Assembly: GCA_963734535.1 (NCBI GenBank)
Contig: CAVTHS010000007.1
Span: forward strand, 192,001-256,000
Direction: 5' to 3'
From: an uncultured Chloroflexia bacterium
GTDB taxonomy: Bacteria; Chloroflexota; Limnocylindria; Limnocylindrales; CSP1-4
Length of the DNA stretch: 64,000 nucleotides
Below, piece after piece: positions 18,269-26,969 of this stretch; position 1 is the first letter of the stretch, and the number at the start of each line of letters is the position of its first letter. A program made the position numbers and the translations under genes. The notes beneath the pieces were generated by a model. That model had not been told where the DNA came from. It worked only from the letters and a program-made list of their open reading frames with translations, and ran no database searches.

Positions 18269-18895
18269 ATGGATCCTGTCAAGCCCGAGCGGCCGCAGCC
18301 CCGGCTGACTCTGCGTGCCGAGCGCGCCGAGGTAACCCGCAGCCGGATCGCGACGGCGGCGCGCCATCTCTTCGCGCGCGACGGGTACGGCGCCACGACG
18401 CTCCGGGATGTTGCCGCCGAGGCCGGCGTCGCCGTCCAGACGGTGTATGCGGTCTACGGGTCGAAGGCCGGGATCCTGAGGGCGCTCCGGGAGGGCGCGG
18501 TACGCCAGCCCGAGGCCGAGGCCGCACTGCGCGAGGCGATGCGCCAGGAATCCGCCGCGGCGAGGCTGGATCTCTTCGCTCGCTCCATCCGCCATCGCTG
18601 GGAGCTCGCGGGCGACATCGTCGCGATCAACCACGACGCATCGATGTCGGATCCGTCGATCCGGCCCGAGGTCGAGGCGGTGATGGCCATCCGTCGGAAT
18701 GGGATCGCCGCCCTGGCGCGCTCGCTCGAGGCGCACTACCGACCGCCGATGGACGTGGCCCGCGCTGGCGCGATCCTCGACACCCTGACGCTCCCGGAGG
18801 TCTACGCGGAGCTCGTCGGCGCCCAGGGCTGGACACCGGACCAGTTCGAGGCCTGGCTCGCCGCGACGCTGCGCCACCAGCTCCTGGGAGGCTGA
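18269..18895 (+). CDS. TetR/AcrR-family regulator
   Basis: 'GYGATTLRDVAAEAGVAVQTVYAVYGSK'. Confidence 0.93.
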   Translation: MDPVKPERPQPRLTLRAERAEVTRSRIATAARHLFARDGYGATTLRDVAAEAGVAVQTVYAVYGSKAGILRALREGAVRQPEAEAALREAMRQESAAARLDLFARSIRHRWELAGDIVAINHDASMSDPSIRPEVEAVMAIRRNGIAALARSLEAHYRPPMDVARAGAILDTLTLPEVYAELVGAQGWTPDQFEAWLAATLRHQLLGG

Positions 18896-18971
18896 GCCTT
18901 CCGGTCCGGGTCGCGACGACATCCTCTCCCGGAGCGCCCGGGCCGGATCGCGACGCTATCCTTGCCGTACC

Positions 18972-19490
18972 ATGCCCGCCGATCCAGCTCGACGACACCG
19001 GACAGCATCCCCGACCGCTCCCAGCACGGACGCCGACATCGCGCCGGACGAGGTGGAGGCTGCCGACCACGAGTCCGGGCCGATCGCCTCGGGACTCGAC
19101 GAGTCGGGCCAGCCGGTCCACCGCGGTTGGGCGCCGATGGGCGGACACCGACGCTGGATGGAACCGTTCGTGCTCGCCATGGTCGGGGCCACCGGCGGGC
19201 ACGGCTACGCGCTCCAGGCCCAGCTCGACGAGATCGGCCTCGCGAACGGCAAGGTGGATGTCGGCCAGGTCTACCGGACGCTGCGCGACCTGGAGCGGGC
19301 GGGGCAGGTCGTCTCGACGTGGTCCTCGGACCGGGCTGGGCCACAGCGCCGTGACTACGTCCTGACGGACGCGGGCTTCGCTGCGCTCCACGAGTGGGCG
19401 GCCGTGATGCGGGAGCGGACGCGGCTGATCGCCGAGTTCGACGATCTCCACGGCATCGTGCACCTCCCGTGGAGAGAGCATCCAGGGTAG
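18972..19490 (+). CDS. PadR-family regulator
   Basis: 'HGYAL', 'VYRTLRDLERAG', 'RRDYVLTDAG'; paralogue of 754-1152; start uncertain. Confidence 0.85.
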   Translation: MPADPARRHRTASPTAPSTDADIAPDEVEAADHESGPIASGLDESGQPVHRGWAPMGGHRRWMEPFVLAMVGATGGHGYALQAQLDEIGLANGKVDVGQVYRTLRDLERAGQVVSTWSSDRAGPQRRDYVLTDAGFAALHEWAAVMRERTRLIAEFDDLHGIVHLPWREHPG

Positions 19491-19507
19491 GGAGGCGGGT
19501 TTCCCGG

Positions 19508-22150
19508 CTACGCGGGTGCATGCGCGGTCAGCCAGCTCTCGCTGAACCGCTTGACCGTCTCGACGAGCGCGAGGTACGCCACCACGATCCCGACGAGCAG
19601 GATCCAGTAGAGCGGCGGCAGCCCGGCGAACGCGAGGAGCGTGCCGAGCGGGCTGGCGGGAATCAGGACAGCAGCGGCGAGGGCAAGGACGATCGCGACG
19701 ACCAGCTCGCGGCTGGGCCGGCTGCGCCAGAACGGGCTTCGCCGCGTCCGGATCACGAGAACCACGAGGATCTGGGTGAAGAGCGACTCGATGAACCAGC
19801 CCGTGTGGAACGCCCGCTCGTCGGATCCGAGGACCAGCAGCAGGAGGCCGAACGTCAGGAAGTCGAAGAGCGACGAGATCGGGCCGAACACGAGCATGAA
19901 GCGCTCCACGCCGCGGATATCCCAGCGCGCCGGCTTCGCCTCCACCTCCGGGTCGACGGCGTCGGTGGGGAGCGCCGTCTGCGAGGCGTCGTAGATCAGG
20001 TTGTTGAGCAGGATCTGGCCGGGCGTCATGGGCAGGAACGGGAGCACGAGTGCCGCGCCGGCCATGCTCAGCATGTTGCCGAAGTTGGAGCTGGTCCCCA
20101 TCCGGATGTACTTGAGCGTGTTCGCGAACGTCCGGCGCCCTTCCGTGACACCCTGGCCGATCGCGGCGAGGCTCGGCTCCAGCAGGATGATGTCCGCGGC
20201 GGAGCGGGCCACGTCGGTGGCGTTGTCGACGCTGATCCCGACGTCGGCGACGTGGAGCGCGGGCGCGTCGTTGATCCCGTCGCCGAGGTAGCCGACCACG
20301 GCACCGGACTCGCGCAGCGCCCGGATCACCTGGAGCTTCTGGTCGGGATCGACCCGGGCGAAGATCGTCGTGCCCGGCACGCGGGCGACCAGCGCGGGGT
20401 GCGTCAGCGTCCGCATCTCGTCGCCCGTCAGGACGCCGGCAACGTCCAGCCCGACTTCGCGGGCGGTATGGCGGGCAACCAGCTCGTTGTCGCCGGTGAC
20501 GACCTTCAGGGCGACGCCCTGGCGGGCGAGGTCGGCGATGGTCGACGCGACACCCTCCTTGGGCGGATCGCTGAACAGGATCACGCCCTCGAACACGAGG
20601 TCGCGTTCCAGCGTGTCGGCGGCCGCCAGCCCGACCGTGCTCCCCGGCGCCGCGAGTGACGCGAGCTCGTCGGGCGAGGCGATGCGCGACGCGACGGCGA
20701 CCAGGCGGAAGCCGTCCGCCGACGCCTCATCGACCAGCGCCGCCAGGCGGGCATGCTCCGTCGCATCGATGGGCCGTGCCGCGTGATCCTCGCGGACGCC
20801 GGTGCAGCGCGTGACGACCGACTCGGGCGCCCCTTTCGTGACGACGAGCGGCGCGTCGTCCGCCCGCTGGACGACCACGCTGAGCAACCGACGATTGAAG
20901 TCGTAGGGAAGCTCGGCGAGCTTCCGATAGCTCGCAAGATCGGATGGTGCGGCCGCCTGGGCGAGGACCGCGGTGTCGAGCGGGTTGGCGAAGCCGGCCT
21001 GGAAGTGGCTGTTGAGGTAGGCGAGCGCCAGGGCCGCAGCGGCCTCTGTCGCGTCGTCGCGGTCGATCCCGGCCGATCGAACGAGTCGCAGCTTGCCTTC
21101 GGTGAGCGTACCGGTCTTGTCCGTGCAGAGGACGGTCACGCCGCCCAGGTTCTGGATAGCCGGCAGGCGCTTCACGAGCACGCCGTGGGCGGCGAGCGCG
21201 CGGGCGCCGCGCGTGAGGTTGAGCGTCACGATGGCTGGCAGCAGCTCGGGCGTCAGCCCGACCGCGAGCGCGACGGCGAAGAGGAGCGAGTCGAAGAGCG
21301 GGCGCTGGAGCGCCACGTTGATCGCGAAGACGCCCACCACGAGCAGCAGCGTGACTCTCGCCACCAGCAGGCCGAACGCCCGGATGCCCACCTGGAAGTC
21401 GGTCTGGGGCGCCCGCTCGGCAAGGCGTCGCGCGATCGCCCCGTAGCTCGTGCGCGTCCCGGTCGCCGTGATCATCGCGCGGCCGGTGCCGCTGACCACG
21501 CTCGTGCCGAGGAAGACGAACGCGTCCCGGTCGGCGTCGTTCGCGGGACCGGCGTCTCCGACGCGGGCTGCGCCCGGCGCGCCCGCTGGTGCGCCGTCCG
21601 GGGCCTGCTCGCGCGGGAACTTGAGGGCGGCCGCCGACTCCCCGGTGAGCGACGACTCGTCGACGTACAGGTGGTTCGCCGCCAGGATCCGGCCGTCGGC
21701 CGGCACGATGTTGCCGGCGGCCAGCTCGACCACGTCGCCGCGCACGACGTCGTGGACCGGAACCTCCTGTGCACGGCCATCGCGGATCACCGTGGCTCGC
21801 AGCGTCAGGCGCGCCTGGAGGGCGGCGACCGATGCCTCGGCACGGGCCTCCTGGACGAAGCCGAGCCCGGCGCTGAGGCCGACGATCGCAAGGATGATCC
21901 CGGCCTCGACCGGATCGCCCACGGCGATGCTGACGAGGCTGGCGGCGACGAGGATGAGCACGAGCGGGCTCGCGAACTGGCCGGCGAGGATCCGGGCGCG
22001 CGACCGCCGCCCTTCGCCGCCCAGCGCGTTCGGCCCATCGGTCCGCAGCCGCGCGGCGGCCTCGCCCGCGGTCAGGCCCGTCGACGGGCCAACCGGCGGC
22101 GTCCGCTGCGCGGTCACGCGAGCCGCCCCCAGGCTGCCCACCTGCGTCAT
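19508..22150 (-). CDS. mgtA: Magnesium-translocating P-type ATPase
   Basis: 'LTGES', 'AVGLTPELLP', 'DKTGTLT', 'GDGINDAP', 'TSSNFGNMLS'. Confidence 0.93.
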   Translation of the reverse strand: MTQVGSLGAARVTAQRTPPVGPSTGLTAGEAAARLRTDGPNALGGEGRRSRARILAGQFASPLVLILVAASLVSIAVGDPVEAGIILAIVGLSAGLGFVQEARAEASVAALQARLTLRATVIRDGRAQEVPVHDVVRGDVVELAAGNIVPADGRILAANHLYVDESSLTGESAAALKFPREQAPDGAPAGAPGAARVGDAGPANDADRDAFVFLGTSVVSGTGRAMITATGTRTSYGAIARRLAERAPQTDFQVGIRAFGLLVARVTLLLVVGVFAINVALQRPLFDSLLFAVALAVGLTPELLPAIVTLNLTRGARALAAHGVLVKRLPAIQNLGGVTVLCTDKTGTLTEGKLRLVRSAGIDRDDATEAAAALALAYLNSHFQAGFANPLDTAVLAQAAAPSDLASYRKLAELPYDFNRRLLSVVVQRADDAPLVVTKGAPESVVTRCTGVREDHAARPIDATEHARLAALVDEASADGFRLVAVASRIASPDELASLAAPGSTVGLAAADTLERDLVFEGVILFSDPPKEGVASTIADLARQGVALKVVTGDNELVARHTAREVGLDVAGVLTGDEMRTLTHPALVARVPGTTIFARVDPDQKLQVIRALRESGAVVGYLGDGINDAPALHVADVGISVDNATDVARSAADIILLEPSLAAIGQGVTEGRRTFANTLKYIRMGTSSNFGNMLSMAGAALVLPFLPMTPGQILLNNLIYDASQTALPTDAVDPEVEAKPARWDIRGVERFMLVFGPISSLFDFLTFGLLLLVLGSDERAFHTGWFIESLFTQILVVLVIRTRRSPFWRSRPSRELVVAIVLALAAAVLIPASPLGTLLAFAGLPPLYWILLVGIVVAYLALVETVKRFSESWLTAHAPA

Positions 22151-22273
22151 CTACGACCCTCGATCACGACCCCGAGGCATTGTGACCCGGAGCGGGACCT
22201 CGCCTCGCGCGCGGTCCCTCGCGCGCGGTCTCTCGGGCCTGTGCCCGATCCGTCTCATCCCCGCCCCCCGGGG

Positions 22274-22310
22274 AAATGAGGGAGGCGGGCTCACCCAGCC
22301 AGCCTCCCTC
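22274..22310 (-). terminator. Rho-independent terminator downstream of the YciI gene
   Basis: GAGGGAGGC...GCCTCCCTC stem followed by ATTT on the minus strand. Confidence 0.6.
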
Positions 22311-22344
22311 GAAGCTTGCCACCCGCCGAGCGCGGCGGCCATCG

Positions 22345-22659
22345 TCACATCGCTTCGAACGTCTCGCAGACCTCGATCGTCGCGCCGCTCGAGAGCACGG
22401 GGCAGGCCTTTGCCATGGCGATCGCCGCGTCCAGGCTGTCCGCGCTGATGATGCTGTAGCCGCTCAGCGAGCTGTGCCCGTCGCCGGCCACGGAGCCGTC
22501 GGCGTTGATCGTATTCGCCTTGCCGATCGGGTTTCCGGGGTCCGCGACCGCTGCGCCGAGCTGGCCGAACCAGGCGCCCCAGGCGGCCATCACCCTGGCT
22601 CCCTCCTCAGGGCTCTCGGGCATCCCGCCGCCACGGTACGCAAGCAGGTACTTCGCCAT
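22345..22659 (-). CDS. YciI-like protein
   Basis: 'MAKYLLAY', 'W.AWF..LG', 'GYSIISADSLDAAIAMAKACP'. Confidence 0.85.
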   Translation of the reverse strand: MAKYLLAYRGGGMPESPEEGARVMAAWGAWFGQLGAAVADPGNPIGKANTINADGSVAGDGHSSLSGYSIISADSLDAAIAMAKACPVLSSGATIEVCETFEAM

Positions 22660-22728
22660 CGCCAGGCTCCTCTCAGGGGGACAACATCGGAGCAGCGGCT
22701 GCTGCCCTCGTGATGGCGACGAAGCGGG

Positions 22729-25173
22729 TCAGGCGGAATCGACACCGTCCGAGACCGAGACGCTGAAGTCACGGCCCTCCCAGTGCCCGGCCTCCGGCCA
22801 CCAGACCGTGAACACGACAGCGTCGCCGCGCCGAAGCCGGTCCGATCCCGGCACGTCGGCCACCCAGATCCCGACACCGGTGTCGCGCGCGTCGATGTCG
22901 ACCCAGGTCCGCCAGCCGTCGAGGGAGCAGTGCACGCGGGCGGGCTCGAGCAGCTCCACGCGAAGGAGTCGCCCCGCAACCATCGTCGGGCGTGGCGCTT
23001 CGAATCGCCAGGTCGCGCGCGTGGCCCTTGGTGCGACGCCGTGGTAGCGGTGCCAGGCCGCCGCGGGACGGTCGATCGCGTGCCCGAGGGCGATGGACCG
23101 GACGAGCTTGACGTACTCCGCATGGGCCCACGCGAGCGGCATGGCGGAGCCGCTCGGGCGACCCGGGGCCAGGCCGCGGGCGGGGATGGCCTCGGCGTCC
23201 CAGACCTGCTCGGGCAGCATCCCGCCCGAGGACCCCATCCGCCGCATCGCCTCCAGGTACGGGCGCGCGTCGCGCCCGGCCTCCAGCTCGTAGTGACCAC
23301 GCTCGCCGACGAGGAGCGGCCAGCCCCGGCCGATCCCTGTGCCATCGAAGGCGCTGCCATCCTCGTGCTCGCCGTAGCCGTCGCCGCTGTAGCGATGCCA
23401 GACGGGCCCGCTCGGCGTCTCGGTTCGCAGCTCCGCGTCGGCCACCGCGACGGTCGCGAGGATGCGCGGGTCGCCGGCCATCCGCAGGCCGAAACGCACG
23501 AGCGCCAGGAAGTCCGTGCCGACCATCTCGTCCGCCGGGACCAGGGATGCGTCCGGCGGCCGGTTCCGGACCGGGACGGGAGTCGAGATGGGGGCACCGG
23601 CGAGCACGTCGGGCGACGCGATCCGCACGTAGTGGCCGTCGACGCCATGCTCCCGGGCGAGCCGCGTCCCGCGAGCGTAGGTCCACTCCTCGATCGAGGC
23701 GTTCCAGTCGTCCGCGAGCTCGCGCAGGTAGGTCGCGGCGGGCTCCGGGTGGTGATCCGCTGCCACGACCAGCGCGGCCACGACCGGGGCCAGGGTCGAG
23801 GGCGTCAGGCCCGCGTCCTCTTCCCAGCGATCCTGCTGCGTCGCGGGCCCGGTCCGGGCGATGAAGCGCGCGGCCGACGCGATCATGCGCTCGAGCGCGT
23901 CTTCCGTGAGCAGGTGCGCGAACCCTGCCGCGGCGGGCCCCGACATGCCGTGCAGCTCGACGCCCCCGCCCCTCCGGAGGGCGCCGGCCAGGAGGATCGG
24001 GTAGGCGGCCTCGTCGAGCTGGACGCCCGACCAGTACGCGACCCCGTCCACCCACTGGTTCTGCACCCACGATCCATCGGGCTCCTGGGTTGCCACGAGG
24101 TATGCCAGCGTGCGACGCGCCGTGCGCTGCGCGCCAAGGGCGACGAGCGCGCCAGCGGACTCGACGAGATCCCGCGACCAGACCAGGTGGTAGCCCCCGA
24201 GGTCGTTGCGCGTGTTGCCCCACGGGATCGAGAGGCTGGCCACGATGGCCCCGGGGACCGTCCGGTCGGCGTGCGTTCGCAGCACGGCCGCCGACGCCAG
24301 GTAGAGCGCGCGATCCTCCGCCGGAAGATCCTCCGATGGGCTGCTGACCGTCCGCAGGAACCCGTGCCAGTTCCCGACGTACTCGTCCCAGGCGTTCTCG
24401 AAGTGGCCGGCAAGCGCGGCGCACGCCTCGAGGCCCGCCTCCTCCGGCCGCGTGCCGAAGCCGAGGGCGAGCCGCGCGATGCCGTCCACGAGGATCAGCT
24501 CCGTCATGCCCGCGACGTTGCCGGCGTCGGTGGTCCCGTACGTCCACGTCATCCGTCCGTTCGCCGCGAAGTCCTGCCAGCCGTCCGACGTGCCCACGTA
24601 CCCCACGCTCTGCCGGGCCGGGCCAGGATCCGAGGCGAGCGCCAGGGCCGACGGACCCGCCTGGGCGAACAGCATCGCGCGGCCCTTGTAGGTGCCGGTC
24701 CACGCGCGGTTGTGGAGCCCGCTGAATCCGAGGTGCGGGGCAAGCAGCGGGTAGAGGCGCAGCGGGTGGGCCAGGCGCTCCGGGTCCGCGGGATCCCGCG
24801 GGTCGTCGAGGCGCGCCTCGATATGGACCACGTCGGCGTGGTCATCCGCGCAGATCCGCAGCGTCAGCATGTAGCGCGGATGACGGTGCGTCGCGATGAT
24901 CGCGGGGATGCCGGGCTCGAGGGCGCGCACGTCCCGGCTGGCATCGCGTTTCACCTCGCTCCAGAACCCGTTGTCGTCCGCGACGATGAAGCCGAGGTCG
25001 CGGACCTGGGGCCGGTCCACGCGGGGCCAGTAGATCTCGTTCAGGATCCCGTGGCCGATCGTGAACCAGATCCGGCTGGAGAAGTGCGAGGTCCCGACCG
25101 CGTCCTTCTCGCTGCTCGACCACGTTGGCGGAGCACCGGGCGCGCCCGGCGCATGGCTCGGGTCGAGCGTCAT
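22729..25173 (-). CDS. GH15 glucoamylase/glucodextranase
   Basis: 'WFTIGHGILNEIYWP', 'ASLSIPWG', 'YHLVWSRD', 'QDRWEE', 'AMPLAWAHAEY'. Confidence 0.92.
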   Translation of the reverse strand: MTLDPSHAPGAPGAPPTWSSSEKDAVGTSHFSSRIWFTIGHGILNEIYWPRVDRPQVRDLGFIVADDNGFWSEVKRDASRDVRALEPGIPAIIATHRHPRYMLTLRICADDHADVVHIEARLDDPRDPADPERLAHPLRLYPLLAPHLGFSGLHNRAWTGTYKGRAMLFAQAGPSALALASDPGPARQSVGYVGTSDGWQDFAANGRMTWTYGTTDAGNVAGMTELILVDGIARLALGFGTRPEEAGLEACAALAGHFENAWDEYVGNWHGFLRTVSSPSEDLPAEDRALYLASAAVLRTHADRTVPGAIVASLSIPWGNTRNDLGGYHLVWSRDLVESAGALVALGAQRTARRTLAYLVATQEPDGSWVQNQWVDGVAYWSGVQLDEAAYPILLAGALRRGGGVELHGMSGPAAAGFAHLLTEDALERMIASAARFIARTGPATQQDRWEEDAGLTPSTLAPVVAALVVAADHHPEPAATYLRELADDWNASIEEWTYARGTRLAREHGVDGHYVRIASPDVLAGAPISTPVPVRNRPPDASLVPADEMVGTDFLALVRFGLRMAGDPRILATVAVADAELRTETPSGPVWHRYSGDGYGEHEDGSAFDGTGIGRGWPLLVGERGHYELEAGRDARPYLEAMRRMGSSGGMLPEQVWDAEAIPARGLAPGRPSGSAMPLAWAHAEYVKLVRSIALGHAIDRPAAAWHRYHGVAPRATRATWRFEAPRPTMVAGRLLRVELLEPARVHCSLDGWRTWVDIDARDTGVGIWVADVPGSDRLRRGDAVVFTVWWPEAGHWEGRDFSVSVSDGVDSA

Positions 25174-26693
25174 GGCACCGGCTGCTCGGCGGCTGACGGC
25201 TGCGCTGCCGTCGTCGGCCGTGCCGCCACGATCGGGACGGCAGCTGGGACGGCGGTGACAACCGGGTCGTGCCAGCGATCGCCCCGCGCGAGGATGCCGG
25301 ACGCGGCGTCCGGGCCCCAGGTGCCGGGCTCGTACTCGTGCAGTGGTGTCCGGTCGTCCAGGATCCCGTCGACCACCCGCCAGGCGGCTTCCACCGCATC
25401 CTCGCGCGCGAAGAGCGACTGGTCACCCTGCGTGGCGTCGCCGATGAGGCGCTGGTATGGCGGGCGCTCGGTCCCGCTCTCGTGGGAGGCGTAGAGCTCC
25501 ACGGCCTCGCCGACCATCGCCTCGCCGGGCTTCTTGGCGCGGCCGCCCAGCGAGATGGACATGTCGGGCGCCAGCCGGAACCGGAAGTAGTCCGCGTCGG
25601 GCGGCTGGGCCTCGCCGAAGACCGACAGTGGCGGGCGCTTCATCTCGACGAGGACCTCGGTGGCGGTCACGGGCAGGCACTTTCCGGTCCGGATGTAGAA
25701 CGGCACGCCGCCCCAGCGCCAGGTATCGACGCGCAGGCGTAGCGCCGCGAACGTCTCGACCGTGGAGACCGGCGCCACGCCCGTGACGGAGCGGTAGCCA
25801 CGGTACTGGCCCCTGACAACGTCCTTCGGCGAGATCGCCCGGATCGAGTCGAGCACCTTGAACTGCTCGTTCCGGACGGCCTCCGGCGTGTTCCCGGAGG
25901 GCGGCTCCATCGCGAGCAGGCTCACGACCTGGAGGAGGTGGTTCTGGACCACGTCGCGGATCGCACCGGCCCGGTCGTAGAACGCGCCCCGCGTCGCGAC
26001 GTCGAACGCCTCTGGCATGTTGACCTGGACACTCGCGACGTGCGCCCGATTCCAGAGTGGCTCGAGGAACGAGTTGGCGAAGCGGAAGTAGAGCAGGTTC
26101 TGCACCGGCTCCTTGCCCAGGTAGTGGTCGATGCGGAAGATCGCCGACTCGGCCAGGACCTCGTGGACGGTGGCGTTCAGGGCGCGCGCGCTCGCCAGGT
26201 CGCGTCCGAACGGCTTCTCGAGGATGACCCGTGCCCCGTCCGCGCAGCCCGATGCGCCGAGGTTGGTGATCACCTCGGTGAAGAGCGCCGGCGGGATCGC
26301 GAGGTAGTGGAGCGGATGCCCGGCCCCTCCGAGCTCGCGGCGGAGCGCGTGGAAGGTCTCGACGTCGTCGTCGGAGCCCTTCACGTAGCGCAACCGCGCA
26401 GCGAGCGCATCGATCGCAGCGCCGTCGACGATACCGGCCGCCGCGAGGCTCTGGCGCGCCCGCTCCCGGAGGCTGTCCAGGTCGCCCGAGCGCGCGACAC
26501 CGATGATCGGCATGTCGAACCCCTCGTCGCGGATCAGCCCGAGGAGCGCGGGGAAGATCTGCTTGAAGGCGAGGTCGCCGGTCGCGCCGAAGAACACGAA
26601 CGCGTCGGATCGCTCGGCGGCCACTCGGTCGCCTGCGTTCCCACGGGATGAGCGCGTCGTCGGCCGGGCGGCCGGTGCAGCTTCGAGCGGCAT
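25170..26693 (-). CDS. zwf: Glucose-6-phosphate 1-dehydrogenase
   Basis: 'GATGDLA', 'EKPFG', 'RIDHYLGKE', 'RDVVQNHLLQ'. Confidence 0.96.
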   Translation of the reverse strand: MPLEAAPAARPTTRSSRGNAGDRVAAERSDAFVFFGATGDLAFKQIFPALLGLIRDEGFDMPIIGVARSGDLDSLRERARQSLAAAGIVDGAAIDALAARLRYVKGSDDDVETFHALRRELGGAGHPLHYLAIPPALFTEVITNLGASGCADGARVILEKPFGRDLASARALNATVHEVLAESAIFRIDHYLGKEPVQNLLYFRFANSFLEPLWNRAHVASVQVNMPEAFDVATRGAFYDRAGAIRDVVQNHLLQVVSLLAMEPPSGNTPEAVRNEQFKVLDSIRAISPKDVVRGQYRGYRSVTGVAPVSTVETFAALRLRVDTWRWGGVPFYIRTGKCLPVTATEVLVEMKRPPLSVFGEAQPPDADYFRFRLAPDMSISLGGRAKKPGEAMVGEAVELYASHESGTERPPYQRLIGDATQGDQSLFAREDAVEAAWRVVDGILDDRTPLHEYEPGTWGPDAASGILARGDRWHDPVVTAVPAAVPIVAARPTTAAQPSAAEQPVP

Positions 26694-26969
26694 GTGACCC
26701 CCGATCAGGCGTGCGTAGCGGTGCGACGATCGAGCACGATCGCGGGGCCCGCCGCCGCTAGCCTAGCGCGATCCGCGTCGATGGGCGCCCGCGCTGGATC
26801 GCCGACTCGCGGGTTCGCCGTGACCTTGGGGAGCCAGCCGGCATGTCTCCCCGGCCGCGCAGGGATCGCGTCCCCGGGCCGCTTCTCGTAGTCCTTCTGG
26901 CGGGGTCCGGTGCTGGGCCCTTTGGGTCGCTGGGCAGCGCCCTCACGGCCAGCCACGCTTGGAGGTACT

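Noticed and set aside
22151-22277. Mg2+ (M-box) or yybP riboswitch upstream of mgtA
   Set aside because: A CACAAT -10-like element lies only about 30 nt before the start, and no riboswitch consensus is visible.
26700-26969. c-di-AMP (ydaO) riboswitch upstream of the cell-wall hydrolase
   Set aside because: The conserved GCUGAAU and GGAAC...GGGG elements were not found.
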